Shown here piece by piece: positions 21,541 to 29,891 of a DNA stretch of 64,000 nucleotides. Position numbers and translations under genes: made by a program. Position 1 is the first letter of the stretch. Every line of letters begins with the position of its first letter. The stretch is from an uncultured delta proteobacterium (GTDB taxonomy: Bacteria > Myxococcota_A > Polyangia > Polyangiales > Polyangiaceae). The stretch lies in the NCBI GenBank assembly GCA_963716725.1, contig CAVQUB010000005.1:704001-768000 (forward strand), read 5' to 3'. The notes under the pieces were generated by a model. It had not been told where the DNA came from, ran no database searches, and was given only the letters and a program-made list of their open reading frames with translations.

Positions 21541-21989
21541 TGCGCCTCTATTTCGCCTACGGCTCCAACATGGGCCTCGATGAGCTGAGCAAGCCCAACC
21601 GCTGCCCGAATGCGCGCCAGGTGGGCATCGCTCGGATCGACGACTCTCGGCTCGGTTTCACCCGGTATTCGGAGAAACGCGGCGGCGGCGTTGCGGATCT
21701 CGTCGAGGCGCCGACCGGGGTCGTGTGGGGCGCGCTGTTCGAGATCAGCGACGACGAGCTCGGGCAGCTCGACCGGGTCGAGGGGCATCCGCGCGCGTAT
21801 GTGCGACGTCCTTGGACCGTCACTAGGCCCGACGGGGTCGCCATGGAGGCCTGGGTGTACACCGTCGTCGACAAGAAGCTCGAACAAAAGCCCAGCCACG
21901 AGTACTGGCGGCTGCTCGTCGACGGTGCCACTCAAGCCGGACTGCCCGCCGCTTACGTCGCAGAGCTCGAGAAGCTCGACCACCTCTGA
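21537..21989 (+). CDS. Gamma-glutamylcyclotransferase family protein
   Basis: YFAYGSNM, VWGALF and LDRVEG motifs; 4-bp overlap with the helicase stop. Confidence 0.9.
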   Translation: MMRLYFAYGSNMGLDELSKPNRCPNARQVGIARIDDSRLGFTRYSEKRGGGVADLVEAPTGVVWGALFEISDDELGQLDRVEGHPRAYVRRPWTVTRPDGVAMEAWVYTVVDKKLEQKPSHEYWRLLVDGATQAGLPAAYVAELEKLDHL

Positions 21990-22122
21990 AAGTGCGGCGA
22001 CCCCGAGGAATCCCTGACCAGGGACGCGCGCGTGCTGCTCCGAGCCCTGGTCACCGCCGCCAAGACCGACGCGCTTCGTGACGAGTCGGCGTCGAGCTGC
22101 AGGCGCTCAGCTACCACCGAGC

Positions 22123-23250
22123 CTACGGCGTGGGGCAACCGGTGACTACGTGGTCGGCGCCGGCAACGCGGTCGACGCCCGAGTCCATCTCAACGACCAA
22201 AGATCCGTCCTCGAGCCGATTGCACACGAAGCTCGAGGGTTTCGCGGATGTAGCCATCATGAATAGTAGTTTTCCGTTCCAGCCGGGTTGGTTCATTTGT
22301 TGGAATCCTTGCGCGAACACGTTGTGTTTCACGAGACACTGCGAGTCGCCGCCGCAGCGCAGGGTCTTTAGCCCCCAAATGGCGAAGAAGTTATCCTCGA
22401 TGACGATTTGGTTTTTCGCGTGAGTGGTTGCGAACATGACGTCGGTCTTGCCGCCGGTCGCGTCCGGGTCGATGTGGTTGCCACGGATCGTGATTTGTCC
22501 GGTTGTGGCAGAGGCTTCGCCGACCTGGAAGCCATCTGCGTGGGCGTCGGAAGTCAGGTTCAGCGTGTGCATGTAGTTGTAGGTAACGTTCAGGCCGTCC
22601 ACTTTGCCGCCGACGAAGAAGAAGTCCTCGCAACCGGTGATCTCGTTCCGGTTTACCGTCATGTTTTGGTAGTCTTGCACCAAGAACACCTTGGACATGC
22701 TGCTGCATTTGATGGTGCTGTATTCGATGGTGAGATTCTTGTGGCCGGTGGCTTTGACGGGATACAGGCCGTTGCAGTTGATGACCACATTGCGAATGGT
22801 CACGTCGTCGGAGTTGACTTCCAAGCAGCCGTTGATGACGACGTTTTCGATGACCGCGGGGCTGGTGACGGTCATTGGCCCTGAGTAGACGCTCGTCGGT
22901 GCTGCGCCGGTGACACCGGAGCCTAGAGACACGCCCACGTCGCTTGGCTTTACGTGACCGTAGGGTTTTCCAGTGGCGCCGCCTGCTCCGCCGCTTCCGC
23001 CCGCCGTTCCACCGCTGCCCGCCGTTCCACCGCTTCCGCCCGCCGTTCCACCGCTGCCCGCCACACCGCCGCTTCCGCCCGCCGTTCCACCGCTGCCCGC
23101 CACACCGCCGCTTCCGGCGCCGCTCGAACCTGCCGCGCCACCTATGCCGCCCCCTGCCGTGCCCCCGGTGGCACTCGGACCTGAATCATCCCCAGAACAG
23201 CCGAGAGTGAACGCCAAGAGCAATGTCGCGGGCAGGAACGTGTAGCGCAT
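22123..23250 (-). CDS. Lipoprotein with Gly-rich repeat linker and pectin-lyase-like beta-helix domain
   Basis: TLGC lipobox; GSGGTAG repeats; VTIRNV/LTIEYS/HADGFQ strand pattern. Confidence 0.75.
   Translation of the reverse strand: MRYTFLPATLLLAFTLGCSGDDSGPSATGGTAGGGIGGAAGSSGAGSGGVAGSGGTAGGSGGVAGSGGTAGGSGGTAGSGGTAGGSGGAGGATGKPYGHVKPSDVGVSLGSGVTGAAPTSVYSGPMTVTSPAVIENVVINGCLEVNSDDVTIRNVVINCNGLYPVKATGHKNLTIEYSTIKCSSMSKVFLVQDYQNMTVNRNEITGCEDFFFVGGKVDGLNVTYNYMHTLNLTSDAHADGFQVGEASATTGQITIRGNHIDPDATGGKTDVMFATTHAKNQIVIEDNFFAIWGLKTLRCGGDSQCLVKHNVFAQGFQQMNQPGWNGKLLFMMATSAKPSSFVCNRLEDGSLVVEMDSGVDRVAGADHVVTGCPTP
22990..23117 (-). repeat. Intragenic tandem repeat of about 39 bp encoding GSGG(V/T)AGSGGTAG
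   Basis: About three near-identical units visible. Confidence 0.8.
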
Positions 23251-23410
23251 ACCGCCCAGGTTAGCTCAGCGCTGGTGGGGGCTACTTACGAAGCCTGCGC
23301 GCATTTCTCTGCCGCGCCCAGATCCGCAGCAACTGAGGCACTTTCCGCAGGATCGCGGCGGTCGCTGGTACAGTCCAGCCATGCCGATGCGGCCCAGGGG
23401 CCACGGCCTC

Positions 23411-24937
23411 TCAAAACGAACCCTGGAGACCAAAGCTGCCCGCGCTCGGTCCCAGCAGCAGCGTGGGAAAGACCCGGGGGCGCGCCAGCTCCGGGCGCTC
23501 GTGGGTATAGCGATCGGGATCGTCACCGGTCAGGAGCAAGACCGACCCCGTCACCAAGGCAGCGGCCCCCACTCCGATCCCGAGGTAGCCGTAGAGATCT
23601 CGCGCCTTGGCCTGGTCGTAGTCGTCGAGCGCGAGCCCCTTTCGGCGATTGCACTCTTCCGCCGAGGGAGCGCTGATGACTGGTGGGTTGCACTGCTTCT
23701 TGTCGATCTTGTCCTGCCAGCCCTGGGCTTCCGAGATCAAGTCGTCCTTCTTGCCCTTGTTCCAGATCAGGTATCCGGCGCCGGCGCCTGTCACCACCGC
23801 GCCACTGATCACGCCGACCCAGCCCCAAGTCTTGAACAGCCTCGCCTTGTTCTCGTAGCGCTGTCGGTACTCGGGCAGCGGCTCGAGCGCGATGCGAACG
23901 GTCGTGGTTCGCCCCCTGGCCACCTCCACCCGACGCTCGACGGGCTCGAAGCCGTCGCGTTCGACGCGCAGCAGGTGGGGGCCCGCCGGAACCGCGAGCG
24001 CGTTCAGGTACTTGCCTTGGGTGACGCCGTCGACGCCGAAGGTGCAGTCGGGCTCGCTCAGGTCCAGGGCCAGCTGGCCGCCTTCGCTGGGCAGGGCGCT
24101 GCTGTCCACGCTGGGCTCCAGAGTCACCTCGCCGCGGACTGCTTCGCCGAGCTCGACCGCCTGAGACACGGTGACGTAGCCCGCGCGCCGGAGCGCGATG
24201 CTGTGCTTGCCCGGCGCGACTACCAACGGAGCTGGGAGCGGCGTCGTCCCGGCCCGCTTGCCGTCCACGAGCACGTCTGCCCCTACGATCCGCGATTTGA
24301 CCCCGAGCTGCGCGAGCCGACCTTCGAAGGCACGCAGCTCCAACGACAGCGTCTTCTGGGTGGCCCCGGCCAGCGTGATCTCACGCCGTTCCGGGATGTA
24401 GCCCGGCGCCGTCACACCCACTACGCGTGAACCACTGGTGACCTTGATCGGTTTGCTGAGCGGCAGCTTTCCGACCGGCAGGCCGTCGATCTCGAGCTCG
24501 GCGCCTTCCACGTTGGCCTTGACCTCGAGCTCCGCAATGCGCTGCGCCTGCTCGTCGCGGGTGCGTCCGGCCCGCTCGAGCTTGTCTCTAGCCAAGGTGC
24601 CAGGGTTCTTGATCACCTCGTCGAGGGTGGCCACGGCTTCGACCGCGCGACCCATCGCGGCGTAGACCAAGCCGATGTTGTAGGCGACGACCGGATGCGG
24701 CGAGAGCTCGTTGGCACGCTTGAACTCGGCGAGGGCGCCCGCGTTGTCACCGTCGTTGAACAGGCGAAGCCCGCGGCCGAAGCGATCACGGGCCTCGGTC
24801 TTTGCATCCGGAGCCTCGTCGGCGTGGGCAGGGGTGGAAACGAAGAGCAGGCAGGGCGAGAGCGCGAGCCCGAGCGCGATCAGCAGAGCGCGTGATGAAG
24901 CCCACCGATTGGATCGGCGCACAGGTTCGTCACTCAT
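23411..24937 (-). CDS. TPR plus PEGA-domain protein
   Basis: N-terminal TPR (ALAEFKRANEL...YNIG), three PEGA repeats, C-terminal hydrophobic segments. Confidence 0.85.
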   Translation of the reverse strand: MSDEPVRRSNRWASSRALLIALGLALSPCLLFVSTPAHADEAPDAKTEARDRFGRGLRLFNDGDNAGALAEFKRANELSPHPVVAYNIGLVYAAMGRAVEAVATLDEVIKNPGTLARDKLERAGRTRDEQAQRIAELEVKANVEGAELEIDGLPVGKLPLSKPIKVTSGSRVVGVTAPGYIPERREITLAGATQKTLSLELRAFEGRLAQLGVKSRIVGADVLVDGKRAGTTPLPAPLVVAPGKHSIALRRAGYVTVSQAVELGEAVRGEVTLEPSVDSSALPSEGGQLALDLSEPDCTFGVDGVTQGKYLNALAVPAGPHLLRVERDGFEPVERRVEVARGRTTTVRIALEPLPEYRQRYENKARLFKTWGWVGVISGAVVTGAGAGYLIWNKGKKDDLISEAQGWQDKIDKKQCNPPVISAPSAEECNRRKGLALDDYDQAKARDLYGYLGIGVGAAALVTGSVLLLTGDDPDRYTHERPELARPRVFPTLLLGPSAGSFGLQGSF

Positions 24938-26366
24938 ACGGGTTCTTCTCGTCCAGACCTGTCTTCTTCGCTTTGGACGACGGCGCAGGCGCTGGTTCCT
25001 TGCTGGGCGCCGGACCTGCCGGGAGCGGTCTCGGGGTGGGTTCGGCGCTGGCCGAAGCCGACGGTGGAGCCATGGGTTCGGGGGCAGGGCTCGCTGCCAG
25101 GCCGGCGGCGGGCAGGACCGGCCCGCTGGTGGCTGGCACTGTCGCCTCCGCGCTGGCCGAAGCTCCATCGCTCGAAGGATGGGATCCGAGCGCGAGCAGC
25201 CCGATCGCAACGACGCCCGCCAAGGCGGCGGCCACAACCGCCACCACTCGCCCACGCGACGTCCCGCTGCCCTGGCTCAGGGTGCGGCCCAGCGCCGCGG
25301 CGTCGATCGATGACGGGCGTCCGGCCGCGTTGACGGGGACGGCGCTCGAGTGCGGATCCGCCGTCATGGCCCGCGCTGGCGGCATGGCCAGCATTCCTGA
25401 GGCCGCCATCGACGCCGGGGCGTCGGCTGCGGCGGGCGTGACCGCGCTCTCCTCTGCCAGGATGGTGGCCGCGTAGGCAGCGCGAGCTTCGGCGCGCTCG
25501 AAGGGCTCCAGTGCAGCGGAAAGATCTGCGGCGGTGGCGAAACGCTCTTCGCGATCGCCCGCCATGGCCTTTTCCACCAGCCGATGGAAGGCGAGGGGCA
25601 GCTCCGGACAAAAGTCGCTGAGGGGAGCGGCCTTGCCCTCATGGATTCGGAGCGCGAGCTCGGGCAGCGTTTCAGCGTCGAAGGGCCGGCGTCCGCTCGC
25701 GCATTCGTACAGGATCACGCCCAGCGCGTACACGTCTGCGCGTGCGTCGAGATCCTTCGCACCGCGCACCTGCTCCGGCGGCATGTAGTAGGGCGTGCCC
25801 AGCATCGAGCCCTCGCGGGTGACGGCGTGATCGTCGGTGAGGGCGCTGGCGAACTTCGAGATGCCGAAATCCAGGACCTTCACGAAGGGGCGGCCGTCGC
25901 GCTCGGTGACGAACAGGTTGTCGGGCTTCAGATCGCGGTGCACGACGCCCGCGTCGTGGGCTGCCTGGATCCCGCTGCAGGCTTGACGCATCAAATGCGC
26001 CAGGTGGTCGAGGGCGAGTCTTCCGCGCGCTGCAATCTGTCGAGTCAGCTCTTCGCCGCGCAGGAGCTCCATGACCAGGTACGGGTCGCCGGTTGGGAGC
26101 GTCCCGGCGTCGTAGGTCTCGACGATGTGTGGGTTTCCGATGCGGCCGGCGGCGGAGGCCTCGCGGAGGAAACGCTCGACCACCGAGGCATTGCCCAGCA
26201 CGTTCTTGTGCAAGAGCTTCAGCGCGCGGCGGTGGTGAGTGAAGACGTGCTCAATCTCGTACACGGCGCCCATGCCGCCGCTGCCGAGCTCCCGGATGAC
26301 CTTGAACTTCCCTCCGATGACGCTGCCGGGGGCCGGCGTTTCCGCGGGCGTGTTCACGGCTGGCAT
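24930..26366 (-). CDS. Ser/Thr protein kinase, membrane-anchored
   Basis: LGSGGMGAVY, HRDLKPDN, DFGISK, GTPYYMPPEQ; transmembrane segment and Pro-rich tail. Confidence 0.95.
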   Translation of the reverse strand: MPAVNTPAETPAPGSVIGGKFKVIRELGSGGMGAVYEIEHVFTHHRRALKLLHKNVLGNASVVERFLREASAAGRIGNPHIVETYDAGTLPTGDPYLVMELLRGEELTRQIAARGRLALDHLAHLMRQACSGIQAAHDAGVVHRDLKPDNLFVTERDGRPFVKVLDFGISKFASALTDDHAVTREGSMLGTPYYMPPEQVRGAKDLDARADVYALGVILYECASGRRPFDAETLPELALRIHEGKAAPLSDFCPELPLAFHRLVEKAMAGDREERFATAADLSAALEPFERAEARAAYAATILAEESAVTPAAADAPASMAASGMLAMPPARAMTADPHSSAVPVNAAGRPSSIDAAALGRTLSQGSGTSRGRVVAVVAAALAGVVAIGLLALGSHPSSDGASASAEATVPATSGPVLPAAGLAASPAPEPMAPPSASASAEPTPRPLPAGPAPSKEPAPAPSSKAKKTGLDEKNPYE

Positions 26367-28840
26367 TTCACCAGGCGCGCCCTCAGCGCGCCATCTTGGT
26401 ACACGATGGCGAAGCTCGAGGCGTCCACCGGCGCGATGCTGATGCCGCTCATGGTGCTGGCCGGCGCCAGATCCGTGAAGATCAGCGACGCAGCGTCCAG
26501 GCTCTCGGGGATCCAGAGGTAGGAGAGGTACAGGCCGCGGGCCGCGGTCAGCGCCACGCCGCCCGCCACCGCCGCGACCCGCAGGTCGCCGCCGCCCAGC
26601 GGGGATACGAGCGAGATCGTCTTCAGGACGGCGCCGGTGGTCTCGTGGAAGCGCGTCAGGCCGAGCGTGGTCCCGTGCTGCCAAGCGACGATGAAGCTCG
26701 AGCCCACGTGGGTCACGCTGGTGGGGAAGGTAGAACCCCCCGTGCTCTCCCAGGCTTTGAGCGGTGGGGTGGTGAGGCTGGCCAGGTTCTTCTGGGCGAC
26801 GGCGGTGCAGAGGTGCCAGCCGCCGGCGTCGGGGCACGACCAGGCGACCAGCGCTGACGAACCGCCCACCGCAACGGCGGGCTGCGCCAGGGACACCGTG
26901 TAGGAAGTCACCGCGAGCGGAGACACCGGGTCGAGCAGGTGCTGCGTGGAGACCAGGCCGGCCGGGCTCATGGTCGCGGCGTAGAGCCGGTGGGTCGTGC
27001 CGTCCGCGTGGCTGTCCTGCCAGACCAGCACGTAGTCGCTGCCGTTCCATGCGAGAGCGGGCCGCGAAGCCCCGATGAGCCCCCCGCTCGTGTAGTTCCA
27101 GTTCGCCAAGGTGTTGAGTGCGGTCGTGGTCGGAGTCCCCAGCGCCGAGTCGGTTCGGAACACGGTGGTCTTCTGGGTGACGACGGTGGTGGTGTTCACC
27201 ATCGCACCGAAGGCGATCCCCGTCCCGTCCGTCGCCGCCGTGAGCCCGGCGAAGAAATTGTTCCCCGAAGCGAACTCAACGGCAGAGCCCTGGACCGCCA
27301 GGTTCGCGTCGAGCTTGAAGGCGCGGATGCTGGTGGTGCCCGTGCCGTTCTGATTCGGGCCGTCGTTCAACGCAAAGACTCGGAAGCTGCCGTCTGGCAG
27401 GCGGATGAGCACCGGCGCACCCGGCACGTTCTCGAAGACCTGTTTGCCGGCGTACTCGGGGCCCGTCGCGATCGTCGTCGCGGCCTGGGCCTTCCACAGC
27501 CCTTCGTCCACGTGGCCGTTGCAGTTGTTGTCCTTCTGATCGCAGAGCTCCGGCGCGCCGCCATAGACCTTGGGGTCGGCGTCGTCGCAGTCGTCCGCGC
27601 CGCTCCCGCAAGCCACCGCGAAGTGTCCGTCCTTGTCGACGTCCTGGGGACCGGTCGGGGTGTGGGTGCAGCCCGCCGTCTCGCTGCAGGTGTCGGCGGT
27701 GCAGGGGTTCAGATCGTCGCAGGGCGGCTCGCCGAGGTAGCAGTAACCCTTCACGCACTGCTCGATGCCGTTGCAGAGCGAGTTGTCCTGGCACTCGAGA
27801 TCACCCCCGCAGGTCTTGCCCGTGCTGGCGTCCGGCGGCGGCCCGCCGTCGCCGGATCCGGCGTCGGCGTTGCACAGCGCACCGCCCTTGAGGCACGAGT
27901 TTTGCGCGCAGCAGTAGCCCGCGTTCACGTTGCAATCGAGGTTGTTCACGCACTCGAACACGCAGGCGCCGGAGATGCAGTAGAGCCCGCCCGGGCATTG
28001 GCTGGTGAGCGCGCAGGCTTGACCGTACCCCGGCGGGGCGCCGACCGGCGCCTCGAACAGGCAGCGATTGCCGACGCATTGCTTGCCGGGCGGACAATCC
28101 ACCGCGGTCTTGCACTCGAGCTCGCAGGATCCGACGGAGCAGATCAGCGGCGCGGTGCAGTCGCTGTTGAGCTTGCAGGGGGCGCCCGTCTGCACCGGTG
28201 AGTCGGCGCTCGCGTCGGAAGGCCACCCCGCACCGCATACGTTCCCGACGCAGCTGGTGCCGGGCGAGCAGTCCTTGTTGCCCAAGCACTGGAGCACGCA
28301 GCTTCCGCTCTTGCAGATCTGATTACCCGGGCACTCGGAGCTGTACGAGCACGACGCCCCCGGCGGCGCCGAGTCCTGGCCGCCGTCTCCCAGCTTGGAC
28401 GGGAGCTTGCCGTCCACCAGCTCGACCTTGTCCGCGCAGAGGCCCTGGGTGCAGATCTGGCCCAGGACGCAATCGTTGTCGCTGCTGCATTTGTCCCGGC
28501 ACTCGCCGTCCGGTCCGCAGGCCAGCTCCTCGGGGCACGAAGCGCTGGACTTGCACGTCTGCTCATCAGGCAAGAGACAGACGTGCTCGGGCTTGGTGCC
28601 GAGCACGCAGCGCAGGTCCTTGTCGCAGTCTGCGCTGGTGTTGCACTGGACGTGACACAGCCTGAAGGCGCAGATCAGCGGATCGGGCTTCTGCCCGCAG
28701 TCGCTGTTGACCACGCAGCCTTCGGCCAGCTTGCCCCGCCGCAGAGCGTCGGCCGCGTCGTCACCGCCACACGCAGTGGGCAAGACGAAGGCCAGAACCA
28801 GCACACACCCGAGCTCCCGACCCCAGCGCCCCGTTCGCAT
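26354..28840 (-). CDS. Cys-rich lipoprotein with a putative metal-binding (MopE-related) repeat
   Basis: PTAC lipobox; Cys repeats; DKDGH...DCDD...PELCD.KDNNCNG.VDE. Confidence 0.8.
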   Translation of the reverse strand: MRTGRWGRELGCVLVLAFVLPTACGGDDAADALRRGKLAEGCVVNSDCGQKPDPLICAFRLCHVQCNTSADCDKDLRCVLGTKPEHVCLLPDEQTCKSSASCPEELACGPDGECRDKCSSDNDCVLGQICTQGLCADKVELVDGKLPSKLGDGGQDSAPPGASCSYSSECPGNQICKSGSCVLQCLGNKDCSPGTSCVGNVCGAGWPSDASADSPVQTGAPCKLNSDCTAPLICSVGSCELECKTAVDCPPGKQCVGNRCLFEAPVGAPPGYGQACALTSQCPGGLYCISGACVFECVNNLDCNVNAGYCCAQNSCLKGGALCNADAGSGDGGPPPDASTGKTCGGDLECQDNSLCNGIEQCVKGYCYLGEPPCDDLNPCTADTCSETAGCTHTPTGPQDVDKDGHFAVACGSGADDCDDADPKVYGGAPELCDQKDNNCNGHVDEGLWKAQAATTIATGPEYAGKQVFENVPGAPVLIRLPDGSFRVFALNDGPNQNGTGTTSIRAFKLDANLAVQGSAVEFASGNNFFAGLTAATDGTGIAFGAMVNTTTVVTQKTTVFRTDSALGTPTTTALNTLANWNYTSGGLIGASRPALAWNGSDYVLVWQDSHADGTTHRLYAATMSPAGLVSTQHLLDPVSPLAVTSYTVSLAQPAVAVGGSSALVAWSCPDAGGWHLCTAVAQKNLASLTTPPLKAWESTGGSTFPTSVTHVGSSFIVAWQHGTTLGLTRFHETTGAVLKTISLVSPLGGGDLRVAAVAGGVALTAARGLYLSYLWIPESLDAASLIFTDLAPASTMSGISIAPVDASSFAIVYQDGALRARLVKCQP

Positions 28841-29012
28841 AGCGGTCCAGACTAGCCAGTTTCACGGACACGGACCACTGCTGGCCCACGTCGAATCCGA
28901 TCGGCGTCTGCCAGGTTGCAGCGCTGCCAACCTCTGGTTGGCGGCATCGGCAAAGAGCACCCGAAAAAGGCTGGAGTACGAGCTGGTCCGTTGCTTGCTC
29001 AGTGGTGCGCTG

Positions 29013-29891
29013 ATGACTGCGAATCCGCCTTGGAGATGCGCAAGCTGGCTGATCCTGCTGGGGATCCTGGCCGGGTGTCGGCAGGAGCCTCAGGAGCAGA
29101 CCCTGGAGGAGCCGGAACCCGCGGGCTGGAGCTCGGGGCGACTGGGCGGAGAGATCCTTCAAGACCTGCGGGAAGACGGCAGCCGCCTGTTCGCGCGGGT
29201 GCAACCGGTGCCGCCCAACTCGGATGCGCCGCGCGCGCTGGTGGTGCGCTGGCTCGGAGCTGCGGGAGCGCCTGCGAAGTGGGAGTTCGCCGACCAGGCC
29301 GTGTTGGACGCTCGCTTGGTACCGCGCAGCGGGGGCGCGCTCGTGATCACGATGGCACGCAAGTTGTTCTGGCTGGCGTCACCCGAAGCCCGACCGAGCG
29401 AGCTGGACTCGCAGGTGAACGCGCCGCTGAGTCTGTCGGCGGACGGGCGCTTCGTGGCCTACGCACGGGGCGAGATCCCGGATCTGGAGATCGTGCGCTT
29501 TGGCCTAGAACATCGGGCCGTCGACGCCGTGACCGAAGGCATGGCTCCGGCGTGGAGTCCGGCGTTGTCCGAGGACGGATCGCGTTTGATCTTCGTCTCC
29601 GGCGCCCGCGGGTATCCAGACTTCTGGGAGATGAGCCGGGGAGGGCAGGTCGCGCGCCTCAGCGATCGCCAGATCGATCCGCTGCCCTTTCCCTCGGGGC
29701 CGTCCGCGCCCATCTGGACCGCGAACGCCCTGACCTTCGAAGACGCCGAGCGCGTGCACGTGGTGGCGCTGGGGCCCCTGCGGCTCTTGCGATCGATGCC
29801 AGGCAGCTTGCCGGTGGCCGCTCCCCAACGCAACGCGCTGCTGCTCCAGGGGCGCGCCGAGGCTGACTCGCGCTGGGAGCCGGTGCAGTGA
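29013..29891 (+). CDS. TolB-like beta-propeller lipoprotein
   Basis: LAGC lipobox; PD40-like SLSADGRFVAY and SPALSEDGSRLIFVS. Confidence 0.7.
   Translation: MTANPPWRCASWLILLGILAGCRQEPQEQTLEEPEPAGWSSGRLGGEILQDLREDGSRLFARVQPVPPNSDAPRALVVRWLGAAGAPAKWEFADQAVLDARLVPRSGGALVITMARKLFWLASPEARPSELDSQVNAPLSLSADGRFVAYARGEIPDLEIVRFGLEHRAVDAVTEGMAPAWSPALSEDGSRLIFVSGARGYPDFWEMSRGGQVARLSDRQIDPLPFPSGPSAPIWTANALTFEDAERVHVVALGPLRLLRSMPGSLPVAAPQRNALLLQGRAEADSRWEPVQ

Noticed and set aside
24930..27050. 706-aa kinase call and 614-aa PEGA call
   Set aside because: Upstream extensions overlap neighbouring genes; plausible starts are 26366 and 24937.
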